IMG/VR virus record: IMGVR_UViG_3300037067_017823
Location: 1 to 64,000 of that record
Length of the DNA: 64,000 bases
DNA from: a virus
Taxonomy: Duplodnaviria; Caudoviricetes
Direction: 5' to 3' (one strand)
The position numbers and the translations under genes are program-made. Below the pieces are notes generated by a model. It was not told the DNA's origin, did not search any database, and was given only the letters and a program-made list of their open reading frames with translations. This document shows positions 19,064 through 29,102 of this stretch, piece after piece (positions within the stretch are counted from its first letter, which is position 1; every line of letters begins with the position of its first letter).

Positions 19064-19451
19064 AAAGAACGCCTTTCGTATATTCGTTGAGTTCATCTCT
19101 AAAGTGATATGGATGTTCAACAATGTCACTAACGATATAGACAAGAGAGTTGTTCGTTTGTTCAACTTGTAACATCATATCTTCAAAGACGAAGTTAACG
19201 AATGAATCGTTTTCACTATTCGGAATGATCTTATTGAGGTCTCTCTTTATCGAATCGATCTTCATTTGAGCAAGTTGTTGAGCGACATCGAGAGCGATAC
19301 TCTTCATCTTATCTCTTATTTCTTCGATAAGAGCGTCATAATCGTCATTCCGAAGTTGCTCATCATCGAGGAGGCGCCATGTCTTTATTTTTTCTTCGAG
19401 GTCCTTAAATTCATAAAGAGATTCTCGAATGACTTGTCTTATTTTATTCAT
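19050..19451 (-). CDS. Putative head-internal protein
   Basis: Leader MNKIRQVIRESLYE. Confidence 0.65.
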   Translation of the reverse strand: MNKIRQVIRESLYEFKDLEEKIKTWRLLDDEQLRNDDYDALIEEIRDKMKSIALDVAQQLAQMKIDSIKRDLNKIIPNSENDSFVNFVFEDMMLQVEQTNNSLVYIVSDIVEHPYHFRDELNEYTKGVLYGKI

Positions 19452-19519
19452 CTCTATTCACCCTTATATTTTTCTTTGATTTCGCCTTAATTCTTTCAAC
19501 TTCATCAATCATATCATCT

Positions 19520-21130
19520 TTACGGAATCTTCACTTGACCACTCTCACTTTGCGAAGTGAGTGAACGAGTAGTCTCACTGTCTATGTCGAGTTGAGAGAG
19601 TGTATCTTCAAGTTCGATATATGAGAGCTCTTCTGCGAAGAACTCGCCAGTATCTTCATTCATGATTTCATATAAACGTCCATTGAAACGAATAACGAGC
19701 CTGTCTCTATTTATTGGTAATTTCATCATTTCGACATCAGCATAAGGAAACGTCGCACCTTTAGAAAACTTGTTTGGGTGTTTATAGCGTGGTGAAACTT
19801 GCTCTTTGATTACATAACCAACTTGTTCTATATGATCATAATAAGCTGATAGTTGTTTACCGAGAACTTTTTTATTTGCTCGAAAAACTAATGTTTTCGA
19901 ACTATCTGTTGTTAATACAAGCCTTATACCAACTCCGTATATTCCTCTTACAGAGTCTTTCCAATCTTGATATGAGTGAATTAAATCTTTGGATTTTTGT
20001 TCCCACAAATTAATGTCTGCTTCAATGAGATTGAGTTTCAGACGTTGAGGGGATAACTTATAAAGTTGATCTGAAACTTTATGCACATCAACCTTTAAAC
20101 CGAGGCGATGAAGAACTTCAGAGAATCCTCTAAAAGATAACATATCACCAGATCGCTCACTCGGATCTTCGGTGTCGAAGAAGTAAGTTCCATCATTATG
20201 GATTCCGACGAAAGATGAATCGAGATGTACTTTCAGAAGAGGAATATCTGCCCAACCACCTTCGCCATCCATATACCAGCCGACAGTGTCGCTTTCGACC
20301 TTTTGCTCTTTCAGAGTTTTCTCGCAACACTTTAGGAATTCTTGATACTTATCGCTTCCTTTTATATAATCCTTCGCTTGCTTCATTAGTTGCTCACTTG
20401 AAAATTCATAATCAGCAAGTTCATTATAGTTTCCAGAAGCGAAGTATTCAATGCATGACCATATTTTTTCTTTCTTCTTCGCTTCTTCTTTCCATCTGCG
20501 TTGTTCGTTGATATTCTTCTGAAGTATCTTTCTTGTTGCACTTGGACCCGGCATATTAAATAACGTTCCATCTTTAGTTCTTACAACAAGTGCCTTTGAA
20601 ACTTTGCCTGTCTTATTATCGATCGATGTAGCTCTGCTCGATACTTCTACTGTTCCTCTACTTGTTCCTTTCGGATACGTTTTGAAAGAAATAAAATCAC
20701 CAGGACGAATCCTTTTACCATTTATGTCAATACATACTTCATAATCTTCTTCATCTTGGATTTCTTTTATAATCTCTCTTATCGTCTTCTTTATTTCTCC
20801 GAAGGTCGTTTCATTTAAATCATTTCTTTCAATTTCGTTAGCAATATCTTCTGCATATGATTTTGATTCTTCCCATATCGCGTATCTACCAAGAGATACT
20901 GAATCTATTTTAGTGCTTAAGCGTGTAACAGGCTTTGTTGGAGTTCCGTCTCTATCCCAATTATGAAAAATTTCGATATATTTTTCGCCATCGCTTATCA
21001 CAATTTTTCTTTGATAATCTTTTGTAATGAATTTTGATAATTTGAAGTTCGCATTAAGAAGAGTATTTATATGAGCAACAAATTCCAACCAATAACTTCT
21101 TTTATCAGCATAAACTTTTCTTAAGTTCAT
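19520..21130 (-). CDS. Modular head-region polyprotein-like protein
   Basis: At least five segments separated by LNE/IKE/INE/LKE/LIE; internal FGEIKKTIREIIKE leader. Confidence 0.65.
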   Translation of the reverse strand: MNLRKVYADKRSYWLEFVAHINTLLNANFKLSKFITKDYQRKIVISDGEKYIEIFHNWDRDGTPTKPVTRLSTKIDSVSLGRYAIWEESKSYAEDIANEIERNDLNETTFGEIKKTIREIIKEIQDEEDYEVCIDINGKRIRPGDFISFKTYPKGTSRGTVEVSSRATSIDNKTGKVSKALVVRTKDGTLFNMPGPSATRKILQKNINEQRRWKEEAKKKEKIWSCIEYFASGNYNELADYEFSSEQLMKQAKDYIKGSDKYQEFLKCCEKTLKEQKVESDTVGWYMDGEGGWADIPLLKVHLDSSFVGIHNDGTYFFDTEDPSERSGDMLSFRGFSEVLHRLGLKVDVHKVSDQLYKLSPQRLKLNLIEADINLWEQKSKDLIHSYQDWKDSVRGIYGVGIRLVLTTDSSKTLVFRANKKVLGKQLSAYYDHIEQVGYVIKEQVSPRYKHPNKFSKGATFPYADVEMMKLPINRDRLVIRFNGRLYEIMNEDTGEFFAEELSYIELEDTLSQLDIDSETTRSLTSQSESGQVKIP

Positions 21131-21200
21131 TTTATTTCTCCTCTCCTCTTATGTTTATTTCTTCTCTTAAGTTCATTTTATTTCTCCTCTCTCCTCTTAT
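21120..21200. repeat. Tandem duplication of RBS plus first codons (MNLR), creating mini-ORF MNLREEINIRGEEK* (21132-21176)
   Basis: cttaagttcattttatttctcctct(ct)cctcttat at 21120-21152 and 21166-21200. Confidence 0.85.
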
Positions 21201-21826
21201 ATCAAACAGTGATCTTCGCAATTGCAAATGAGTTTATTTAGGATCCGATTTATGCGATACTCTTTCGAAAAGAGATTTTCATGATTGCCAGATTCAGTTA
21301 TGAACTTTGTGTCGAGAGGATTAAATGATTCATTTAGCTTCTTCAGATATGCGCCTTGGCAACTTGCCTCTGAGACAAGATCCCAGCAGATCCAAGTTGC
21401 GTCATCTTGTACAATCGAACCTTCAGAACTCTCTTTGAGAGAGCCAACTGCTCTTGAAGAAATTCCAATCTTGATATTGCTATTCACAAGTTCTTGCGCA
21501 ATTTTTCCCTTTGGAGTATTCAAAAGCTCGAGTGTGCCAAATAACTCTGATCCTTGCCAATGAATTTCTGTAATAAGGTGAGAGACATCACTAAGTTCGA
21601 TAATTGAAGCTTCGGGATGATCGAGTTGTCCCAGAGATCTACGTTCTTTTATGAGCACTTCGTAGTTCTTCATTTCGCGCTCAAGAAGACTCTTTGGATA
21701 AATTCTCCCGTTAAAATTTTTAGAATCTGCGCGACTAAGCAGACCCGTAAGGAATATATGATCATTTCTTTTTTCGGCTTTATATTCGAACAAGTTATTT
21801 TCTACAAGCAGCAGCTTATCTGACAT
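21197..21826 (-). CDS. gp21: Prohead core protease, T4 gp21 family
   Basis: ADSKNFNGRIYP, SLGQLDHP (His), IGISSRAVGS (Ser), WDLVSEAS. Confidence 0.92.
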   Translation of the reverse strand: MSDKLLLVENNLFEYKAEKRNDHIFLTGLLSRADSKNFNGRIYPKSLLEREMKNYEVLIKERRSLGQLDHPEASIIELSDVSHLITEIHWQGSELFGTLELLNTPKGKIAQELVNSNIKIGISSRAVGSLKESSEGSIVQDDATWICWDLVSEASCQGAYLKKLNESFNPLDTKFITESGNHENLFSKEYRINRILNKLICNCEDHCLI

Positions 21827-23171
21827 TTTGTTTCCAATCCTCTCTTTTGTATGATGTTACAAAATCATCATATTTAGACTTCCAATGCTCATTATACATA
21901 ATATGTTCTTGCATTAGATATTTGAAAGTCATATCGTTGTTTGTACAAAACTTAGAAATTGCATCAAGTTTCAACCAAGTGTTTATAGACAGTTCAGCGC
22001 CTTTTATTTCTTCAACTTCGATATGTAGATCGACATAAATAACGAATAGATCTGGAATACAATTTGAAGAAGAGAAAGAATCTGTTTCAATATTATACTT
22101 TTGATATTCTATCATTTGAGATCTATTTTTATGCCAATAAAAAACATTTGAATCTTCGTCGAGTTGAAGGAAACGAACATATTCATAAGAAGAATCAAAA
22201 TGTTCCCAAGCTCCCGTCTTAGTCGATTTATACCAACCTTTTTTGTATTTTGATTTTCGATTTATATAATTTTCGTTTGAAAGTGTCTTTTCTTTTATTA
22301 CCGGATTTTGCATTGCATTACGATAACCGGTTTTCGCTTCGCGCTCATCATCGATCATTTTGTGGACTTCAGGATTAGCAAATGCACATTTATAACCAGT
22401 TTTGCTCTTATATGTTACTTGTCCTTTTTCAATAATCACCATGCGGCCGCCCGATTGCTTATCTATAGTCTCATTTATTTGTTCTCGTATTATTGGGTTG
22501 CTTAATGGATTTCGATAGCCAGTTTTTTGTTCTCGTTCATTTTCAAAAGCTGTTCTTACTTCTGGATTAGCAAGCGGACTGTTATAACCCGTTTTTTCTT
22601 TGTAAGACTCGCGAGCACATTCTCTACTATGCTCATCCCAATCATGATGCCATTCTGGATTCTTAAAAGGATTATCATAACCATAGCGCTCGAGATATGT
22701 TTCTCTTCTCCGTTCTTCAGATTCTTTTGTATGACATTTTGCACAAACTTCCGGAATTTTCATTTGGTGATCGACGCCATATTTTTCGAAACAAGTTGCT
22801 TTTTTCTTTGCATCAATGAATTTGAGATAGCATTCTCTATTTCCACAAGTTGGATTTTTTCCTATTCGCTGTGCTTTTAGCGTTCGATAATATTCCTTTC
22901 CACAAATTGGACATGTCGTCCACTCATTCGTTCGAAAGTGTTCAGCATACCATTCCTTCGTTATTTCAGGATGAGCATGACGAAAATGTCCTTTAAGAGC
23001 TCTTTCTGTTTCAAATGTTCTTCCACATCCGGGCATTTGACACTTTACATTTACAACAAATCGTTGGACAGCTTTTCCTGTATGATTAAGAGTAAAGTGA
23101 ATCTTTAGATCGTGCTCAGAAGCAAACTCTCTTTCGCTTCCTTCACAATCTAGATGTTCACACTTGAGCAT
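21816..23171 (-). mobile_element. Free-standing homing endonuclease-like gene (2 C2H2 fingers, KTGYxxxxxNP repeats, TnsA-N-like nuclease)
   Basis: CEHLDC...HFTLNH, CQMPGC...HFRHAH; four KTGY..NP repeats; FDSSYE...IPDLFV...EEIKG; overlaps the protease start. Confidence 0.8.
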
Positions 23172-23183
23172 ATGAGTAATCTC

Positions 23184-23402
23184 TCACAAACTATTGCTCG
23201 CCATGTTTTTGAGAAGTTGTCTGAATATTTTTAACGTTTCATCAAAAGTAAGTTGATCTCGAACCAACGGATGTCCATCTTCTTCAAGTTTAAAATAGCC
23301 TCCGCTTCCAGCATCATCGGGAATAAATTCGATCTTTACATTTACTTCTTGCTTGATTCGAACTTCTTTGAGAGTTCTTCTTATCTCTTTTCTTAGGTTC
23401 AT
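23184..23402 (-). CDS. Putative head-internal protein
   Basis: Probable start MNLRKEIRRTLKEV at 23402. Confidence 0.6.
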   Translation of the reverse strand: MNLRKEIRRTLKEVRIKQEVNVKIEFIPDDAGSGGYFKLEEDGHPLVRDQLTFDETLKIFRQLLKNMASNSL

Positions 23403-23403
23403 T

Positions 23404-23631
23404 TTATTCTCCATCATCTTCATCTTCAAGTTCAGCGAGCTTACTTTCTATCGTATTGTCCACATCATCGAGAAGTTCTATCGCGATGGAAAAATCATTC
23501 TTTATTGACTCCCAAAAATCGGCCCCGGCCCCTTTGTGTTTAAAAACAAGAAGTTCTTTCATTTCTTTGTGCGCTTCTTCAATATTCTTTATTGTTTCGA
23601 CTGCCTCATCAATCATTTCTTGGAATCTCAT
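23404..23631 (-). CDS. Acidic helical head-region protein
   Basis: MRFQEMIDEAVE; GGAGGAGG RBS. Confidence 0.65.
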   Translation of the reverse strand: MRFQEMIDEAVETIKNIEEAHKEMKELLVFKHKGAGADFWESIKNDFSIAIELLDDVDNTIESKLAELEDEDDGE

Positions 23632-23633
23632 TT

Positions 23634-23972
23634 TTAATACTCCTCCTCCTTCTCCGTCAATCCGTTATACAATGACTTGATTGAACCCATTTGACTTCGA
23701 TCATCTTTGAAAGCCCTTAAGTGTCCAAGGATGTAAAGACGAGCTTCTTCAGAAAGACGGATGTCGAATTTCTTCGTTATATTAATGAATTCTTCAACAT
23801 TCTCAATTGCTTCTCTAAGATGATCTTCAATAGATTCGAGAAGTTCTTCTGCTTCTATGCGGATCACACCTTCATCATTTGCTTCTTTCTTTTGGGCTTC
23901 GTCTTCTTTTTCGTCAGAATATTCGTCATTCTCTTGTTCGAAGAGTTTCTTCACTTGTTCTCTAATGTTCAT
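23634..23972 (-). CDS. Putative head-internal protein
   Basis: Leader MNIREQVKKLFEQ, then ANDE/LLE. Confidence 0.65.
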   Translation of the reverse strand: MNIREQVKKLFEQENDEYSDEKEDEAQKKEANDEGVIRIEAEELLESIEDHLREAIENVEEFINITKKFDIRLSEEARLYILGHLRAFKDDRSQMGSIKSLYNGLTEKEEEY

Positions 23973-23991
23973 TGTTTACGCCTTTCTATAA

Positions 23992-24243
23992 TTATTTTTT
24001 ACAAATTCTTTGTGCACAGAAATCCATTTGTCTCTTAATAAAAAGTCTTTCTATTGTGTCTGATAAACATGAATCAAAAAGTTTTATTATTTCACTAATA
24101 GTTTTTCTCTCATATAGTCTTCGCAAAATGTCACTCGAAAGATTGTTTTTTACCCACTCACACTCTTCTGTTATGTGTTTTTTCGACAAATGTTGATTGA
24201 CACATTTTACAGGCTTATTACAAAATTTACAAATCTTAATCAT
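23992..24243 (-). pseudogene. Probable truncated homing endonuclease remnant (C2H2 finger + HTH, no nuclease)
   Basis: CKFC...HLSKKH followed by LYERKTISEIIKLF...TIERLF, then a stop. Confidence 0.5.
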
Positions 24244-25437
24244 TTAACTTCGATCTATTTCCGCCAAAATAAAATCGAATAATTTCGCGTGCATCACTTC
24301 TGACTTCCTCGGAATTTCGTAACCGTAAAGAGACCGAAGCGAGACATTCGATTCAATCATTTTTTCAATGACATCAGCACATTCTCCGGCAAATGTCCAC
24401 ACGACTTCTTGCTTCTCTTGAGGAGAAAGTTCAGCAACAGCAAAGTCGCCTCTTTGTGGAATGTTCACTTCAACATCTTCTTTGAACAGTTTCTTCACTT
24501 GCTCTTTGAGCTTCTTATTTTCATCCATCTTCTCATCTTCCTCTTTATCAATATCGTCATGATACTCATCTCGATGTTTCTCGTCATCTTCGAGTTTCTC
24601 TCGTTCCTCTCTCGAATCGAGTTCATCGATATCATGTTCACCTTCATCGTTCGCTTCGTCGAGAGGAACAGTACCACCATATTCAATAAAAAGTTTCTTA
24701 GCTAGTTCTTTTATCTTCATTGGAACGCGGCCATTTGTGAGAACCGGGAGATCATCGTGGAGTTGATCGATAACGCTATCAAAAGTTCCATCGTCTTGAA
24801 CTGTTCGCTCAATGATATCACAAACAAGTTCGTATTCATCCATCAAAATATCGTTTTGTTTCATGAAGTCGTCTATTTCTTTATCTCCAGTTAATATCAT
24901 TTTACGACGTTGGAGAGGTACTGTTTTATCATTATCTTCTTTTATCGGAGCTCCCGCAAACGTTGTCCATTCGAAAGAAAGAGGAATTCCTCGAAACTTA
25001 TGTGATAACCATGAGAGAATAATTGAATCATCTCTTCCCTGATCAATGAACTCCTTAAATGTATCTTCTGGAATCTTTGATGTACGAGGACCGAGAACAC
25101 CACCTCTTCGCCACTTGATATTCGTCACACGTGGAGCTTTTGGATCTCTTCGTGCTTCATTGAGGCCTTCTTCATCGAGATCCTCACATTTTTCTCCACA
25201 AGCATTATATTTTTCCATGCAACTGTCTTCGCACGAAGTGTCACCTTCACAAGAAGCATCGCATTTCTCATAAGAGTCATCGCAAGCTTTTTGACATTTA
25301 TCGAAAGCATCGTCTGACTCTTCTGTTGAATCGCCATCAAGCAGAAGTTCGAGATCATCATCAACTTTATTCTTATTCTTGTCTTCTTCTGACGAATCTT
25401 CGAACAGCTTTATGATTTGTTTTTTAAGTGTCGACAT
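24244..25437 (-). CDS. Modular acidic head-region protein with an 8-Cys CX3C array
   Basis: Probable start MSTLKKQIIKLFED at 25437; internal leader KKLKEQVKKLFKE; LNE/ANDE junctions. Confidence 0.65.
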   Translation of the reverse strand: MSTLKKQIIKLFEDSSEEDKNKNKVDDDLELLLDGDSTEESDDAFDKCQKACDDSYEKCDASCEGDTSCEDSCMEKYNACGEKCEDLDEEGLNEARRDPKAPRVTNIKWRRGGVLGPRTSKIPEDTFKEFIDQGRDDSIILSWLSHKFRGIPLSFEWTTFAGAPIKEDNDKTVPLQRRKMILTGDKEIDDFMKQNDILMDEYELVCDIIERTVQDDGTFDSVIDQLHDDLPVLTNGRVPMKIKELAKKLFIEYGGTVPLDEANDEGEHDIDELDSREEREKLEDDEKHRDEYHDDIDKEEDEKMDENKKLKEQVKKLFKEDVEVNIPQRGDFAVAELSPQEKQEVVWTFAGECADVIEKMIESNVSLRSLYGYEIPRKSEVMHAKLFDFILAEIDRS

Positions 25438-25441
25438 ATTT

Positions 25442-25696
25442 TTAATCCTTTTCAACTATTTCATTTAGTTCGATTGACATGAGCTTCATTTTTCCAAGAA
25501 AACGCTCAACAACTTTCCAATCAGCATCTGGATCGAACGTTGAATCTTTTCCAATGTTATAAGGAAGAAGACCGACGAAGCGATCGAGATTCGCCTTTAT
25601 CATATCGACTCGATCTTTAAAATCAATCCAAACTCTTGTGGGTTTCGTTTCTTCTCTAATCATTCTCTTGAGTTCACTCAACTTTATTTTTTTCAT
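25442..25696 (-). CDS. Putative head-internal protein
   Basis: Leader MKKIKLSELKRMIREE. Confidence 0.65.
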   Translation of the reverse strand: MKKIKLSELKRMIREETKPTRVWIDFKDRVDMIKANLDRFVGLLPYNIGKDSTFDPDADWKVVERFLGKMKLMSIELNEIVEKD

Positions 25697-25710
25697 GTTT
25701 AACTCCTCAT

Positions 25711-25986
25711 TTATTGAGCTTTATACAATTCGTCTCTTAAATTCTTGATAGCATAGTAAATATCTTCAAGTTTAACAAGAGCCTCAACAGAATAATAAGT
25801 ACACTCTGTTCCATAATTTTTATCTGTTAGAACAAAATATGAATGCATTCTCTTTATTTTTTTACTTACATTGTCAAAAAAAACATTAGTAATATTTCTA
25901 ATTTCGTCTATTTCTTCAGTTGCATCTATAGAGTCCATTTCAACTTGCTCTCGAATTGTCTCTTTTATTTCTTTTCTGAGATTCAT
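25711..25986 (-). CDS. Putative head-internal protein
   Basis: Leader MNLRKEIKETIREQVE. Confidence 0.65.
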   Translation of the reverse strand: MNLRKEIKETIREQVEMDSIDATEEIDEIRNITNVFFDNVSKKIKRMHSYFVLTDKNYGTECTYYSVEALVKLEDIYYAIKNLRDELYKAQ

Positions 25987-26004
25987 TTTCTGTTTCTCCC
26001 TCTC

Positions 26005-26271
26005 TTATAGCTCACCAAGAGCAAGCAGTGATTCTTTTTGTTTAAAGACAAACTTTGTGTTGATATTAAGACCGATAGCTGTGTATTTCAGTGTTCCTGT
26101 AACAATATCTTTCACTGAATCGATCTTTTCTACTTTTATGCTATTCGATTCGAGATCAAATTGAGCGAACGTTGCTTTGAAGGATTCTTCAATTTTTCCT
26201 TCAATGATTCCTTTTTCTTCTTGTTCACTGAAGAGCTCTCTCACTTGTTCAATGAGTTTTATATTGTTCAT
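26005..26271 (-). CDS. Putative head-internal protein
   Basis: Leader MNNIKLIEQVRELFSEQ. Confidence 0.6.
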   Translation of the reverse strand: MNNIKLIEQVRELFSEQEEKGIIEGKIEESFKATFAQFDLESNSIKVEKIDSVKDIVTGTLKYTAIGLNINTKFVFKQKESLLALGEL

Positions 26272-27080
26272 TTATTTCCTCTTATTTCATCAAAGAGCTC
26301 TACATATTCGAGAGCAATTCTCAATTTTTGATCTTCTTCGAGATGATCATCAGATAGACAATTCTCAAATTTTTTCTTTGCAACAATTAGTTTCTTTGAG
26401 ATCTCTTCATTAAGTGTCTTGAAACCAAAGTTGTTCTTATTTTCATTGAGAATGTCTCCGAAGAACTTCTTTGTACTAGATGTCGATATTGAGTCGAGAT
26501 AACGAAGCATTAGAGACTTCTGCGACTCGTTAAGTGACTTCATTGATTCTGTGATATTATCAATTGCTGATATGAATAAGAAGTTATCGACTTTCGTCTT
26601 TGAGCACTTTTTATCTTCTTTGAGGTTTTCTGCTAGGATCTTTATTACTTCGTTTTCAAAGTTCACATTGTCAATTGATTCTTTCAAAGTTCCCTTTTGT
26701 GCGGAATTGATAAACATTTGAATGGAAGCATATAACCTATAATTGTCTATTTTGTAATCAAAAACTTTATCTGACAACTTTTCTTTTATTTCTTTTATGA
26801 GATCTGTCTTTAATTTTAGAGATCTGTCCCTATTTATTTTTTGAGCGAACTTTGCTATTTCCTTTAAAGACTTCTTGACAACAACTTCTTCTTTTCCCTT
26901 CAGTGACGAAATTGCTTTGAATATCTCGAGCTCTTCTTTTAAAACGCTATTCTTAAAATATTTTTCAATAACATCAAAAACAGATTTAGTTTCTTTGTTT
27001 TTCAACATTCTCGAAGCGACTTCATGAGACAAAAACTCATAAATAAGACCAATGTTTGTTTTTTTATTGTGGTGATTCAT
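26268..27080 (-). CDS. Conserved portal-adjacent head protein
   Basis: HNKKTNIGLIYEFL N-terminus and NYRLYASI motif, as in proteins that follow the portal in this phage type. Confidence 0.7.
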   Translation of the reverse strand: MNHHNKKTNIGLIYEFLSHEVASRMLKNKETKSVFDVIEKYFKNSVLKEELEIFKAISSLKGKEEVVVKKSLKEIAKFAQKINRDRSLKLKTDLIKEIKEKLSDKVFDYKIDNYRLYASIQMFINSAQKGTLKESIDNVNFENEVIKILAENLKEDKKCSKTKVDNFLFISAIDNITESMKSLNESQKSLMLRYLDSISTSSTKKFFGDILNENKNNFGFKTLNEEISKKLIVAKKKFENCLSDDHLEEDQKLRIALEYVELFDEIRGNK

Positions 27081-27119
27081 TGAATCTCCCTAAAAAGATA
27101 GTTTTCTACTATTTAATTA

Positions 27120-29102
27120 TTATTCTGAAGTGATTTTATCGTCATTTTCAATAGAAACATCGAGCTCTTCTTTGTCTTCAAATTTCACTTTATTTATTCC
27201 ACTAGTGATGATTTCTGTTAGAAGTCTATTTTTCCCACCGAGATTTAGTGAAACCATTTCAGATTCGATGCCGTGAGCAAGGCGAGAAAATGTCTTTTTT
27301 CCATATGGATCATGCATTGTATCATCGTCATCATGTGTAACATCATTGCTTAAATCAACAAGACCACTTTGATTTCTGTTCTTCGACTGCCTTCTTTTTC
27401 TTTCATAATCTGTTTCTTTTTTCTTTGCCCTTGCTTTATCAAATGCATCATTTGCAGCAGTCACGAGTTCACCTTCACCGCCACCAACTTCAGCTTCTGC
27501 TCCACCTTCTTCAGCACCACCAAGCTCTGCTTCTTCTCCACCGAGTTCCTCACCACCGAGTTCTTCTCCTTCAACAGGAGGTTCAGCACCTCCACCACCC
27601 ATCATTCCTCCACCACCGCCTCCACCCATCATCTCACCCCCACCTTCAGCAGAACCTTGTTCACCAGCCTTTTGTTCAACGAATGCAATTTGCCCATCAA
27701 CATAAGCATCTTTCATTCTTCCAATATTTATTTGCTTAATGTCATCATCTTTGAGATTGAAGAAGCGTTTTAGAACATAGGAACGATCGAATAACTTTTC
27801 ATTATTGAGACCAGAGACAACCTGAACTCTTCTTTCGAGAAGGTCAAGTTTCTGCATTGAAGCGAGGTTCGATGGATTCGTTAGCTTCAAATCGAAACCA
27901 AGAAGATCTTTTCCTGAATATCCTTGAGAAATCAAGTGGACCATAGCAATCTTTGTGAGTTCAGAAACTATAGCTCTCTGTATTCTTTCTATTGTTCTTG
28001 AAAAACGAATATCGAGAGATGCGAGAGTTGATTTATTTGCAAGATCTTCTTCATACGTCAAATATGCTCTCGGTATTCCAAGAGCAGCAATCAGTTTCTT
28101 GAGAAGATATTCTACGTCTTCAATATCATTGACATGTTGACCACCTGGAAGTGATTCAATTCTATTTGTTTTGTCACCTCTTTGAGGAATAAAGTAGTCT
28201 TCAGAAACATCGAGTGGGTCGAATCTTTGATCAACTTTACCATAAAGCTTGTTCACAACGTTTGCATTTCTAAGTTTCGCCTTAATTTTTTGCATGAACT
28301 CTTCAACGTTTTGTGGTTGAACACCTGAAACGTCGATATAAAAAACTCTTCTTTCTGGAGCTCGAAGAACACGATAAACAAGCATTGCGTCTTCCATGAG
28401 AACGAGTTTCCGCCAGAAAGATCGAGCTCCCTCAATGAACGATGTTCCATATGGAAGAAATTTATCTTGACCGAGAAGACGGAAGTGAGCAACCTGCCAG
28501 TTTTCTAGTAAGCGGTTTGTTGTTAACCACTTGAATCTTATTTCTTGAGGATCTTCCTTTGAACCTTCGAGTCGTTCAAAGTCATTAACTGGAATTGTTA
28601 TGAGACGTTCAATGCCATTTTTTGGATGAACGTCGATATACTGAGTGAAGTCGCCATATTTACAGAGTGTTCTCGCCCACCCCCAAATATAAAAATCAAT
28701 GTCAAGAATATCGAAGAATAACGATTCAAGAATTTGCTTTATTGACTCATTCTCAGATTCTACGAATAAAACTTTTCCATCTTCAGAACGCGAAGTAGCT
28801 TCATCAGCTACGAGGTTAAGAGCGCTGGCTATTTCTGGTACGGACTCCATAAGGCAAAACTCAGTGTACCTTGCAAGCCTATTCGTATCATAGTTTGCAT
28901 TTGACCCATCACCAAACCATTGTGACGCTCCAAGATTGCTTCTTTGAAGTCCAAAATCTCGCATGAAAGAAGTGACTTCTTCTTTCGTATCGAGAGACGG
29001 CTTTATTCTTGACGAAACGAGCGAACCGCGCTTCATCAAACGCCAAAGATTACGAAACGTACTTACGTTTCCGAACTTCGGTCCATCGTTTTTATTATCC
29101 AT
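27120..29102 (-). CDS. gp20: Portal protein, T4 gp20 family, with Gly/Glu-rich tail
   Basis: WRKLVLMEDAMLVYRVLRAPERRVFYIDV; EDYFIPQRG; IESLPGG; ALGIPRAYL. Confidence 0.95.
   Translation of the reverse strand: MDNKNDGPKFGNVSTFRNLWRLMKRGSLVSSRIKPSLDTKEEVTSFMRDFGLQRSNLGASQWFGDGSNANYDTNRLARYTEFCLMESVPEIASALNLVADEATSRSEDGKVLFVESENESIKQILESLFFDILDIDFYIWGWARTLCKYGDFTQYIDVHPKNGIERLITIPVNDFERLEGSKEDPQEIRFKWLTTNRLLENWQVAHFRLLGQDKFLPYGTSFIEGARSFWRKLVLMEDAMLVYRVLRAPERRVFYIDVSGVQPQNVEEFMQKIKAKLRNANVVNKLYGKVDQRFDPLDVSEDYFIPQRGDKTNRIESLPGGQHVNDIEDVEYLLKKLIAALGIPRAYLTYEEDLANKSTLASLDIRFSRTIERIQRAIVSELTKIAMVHLISQGYSGKDLLGFDLKLTNPSNLASMQKLDLLERRVQVVSGLNNEKLFDRSYVLKRFFNLKDDDIKQINIGRMKDAYVDGQIAFVEQKAGEQGSAEGGGEMMGGGGGGGMMGGGGAEPPVEGEELGGEELGGEEAELGGAEEGGAEAEVGGGEGELVTAANDAFDKARAKKKETDYERKRRQSKNRNQSGLVDLSNDVTHDDDDTMHDPYGKKTFSRLAHGIESEMVSLNLGGKNRLLTEIITSGINKVKFEDKEELDVSIENDDKITSE

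Noticed and set aside
18803-19165. Track start sites for several ORFs (19165, 7545, 8587, 5495, 23429, 25455, 35119)
   Set aside because: They overlap upstream genes heavily or lack an RBS. Downstream ATGs with an RBS or leader motif were preferred.
19444-19512. 22-aa ORF MIDEVERIKAKSKKNIRVNRDE, or a frameshift extension of 19520-21130
   Set aside because: Too short, with no supporting motif or slippery site.
27480-27660. CRISPR or tandem-repeat array in the GGT/GAA-rich stretch
   Set aside because: It encodes the Gly/Glu-rich portal tail; there is no repeat-spacer structure.
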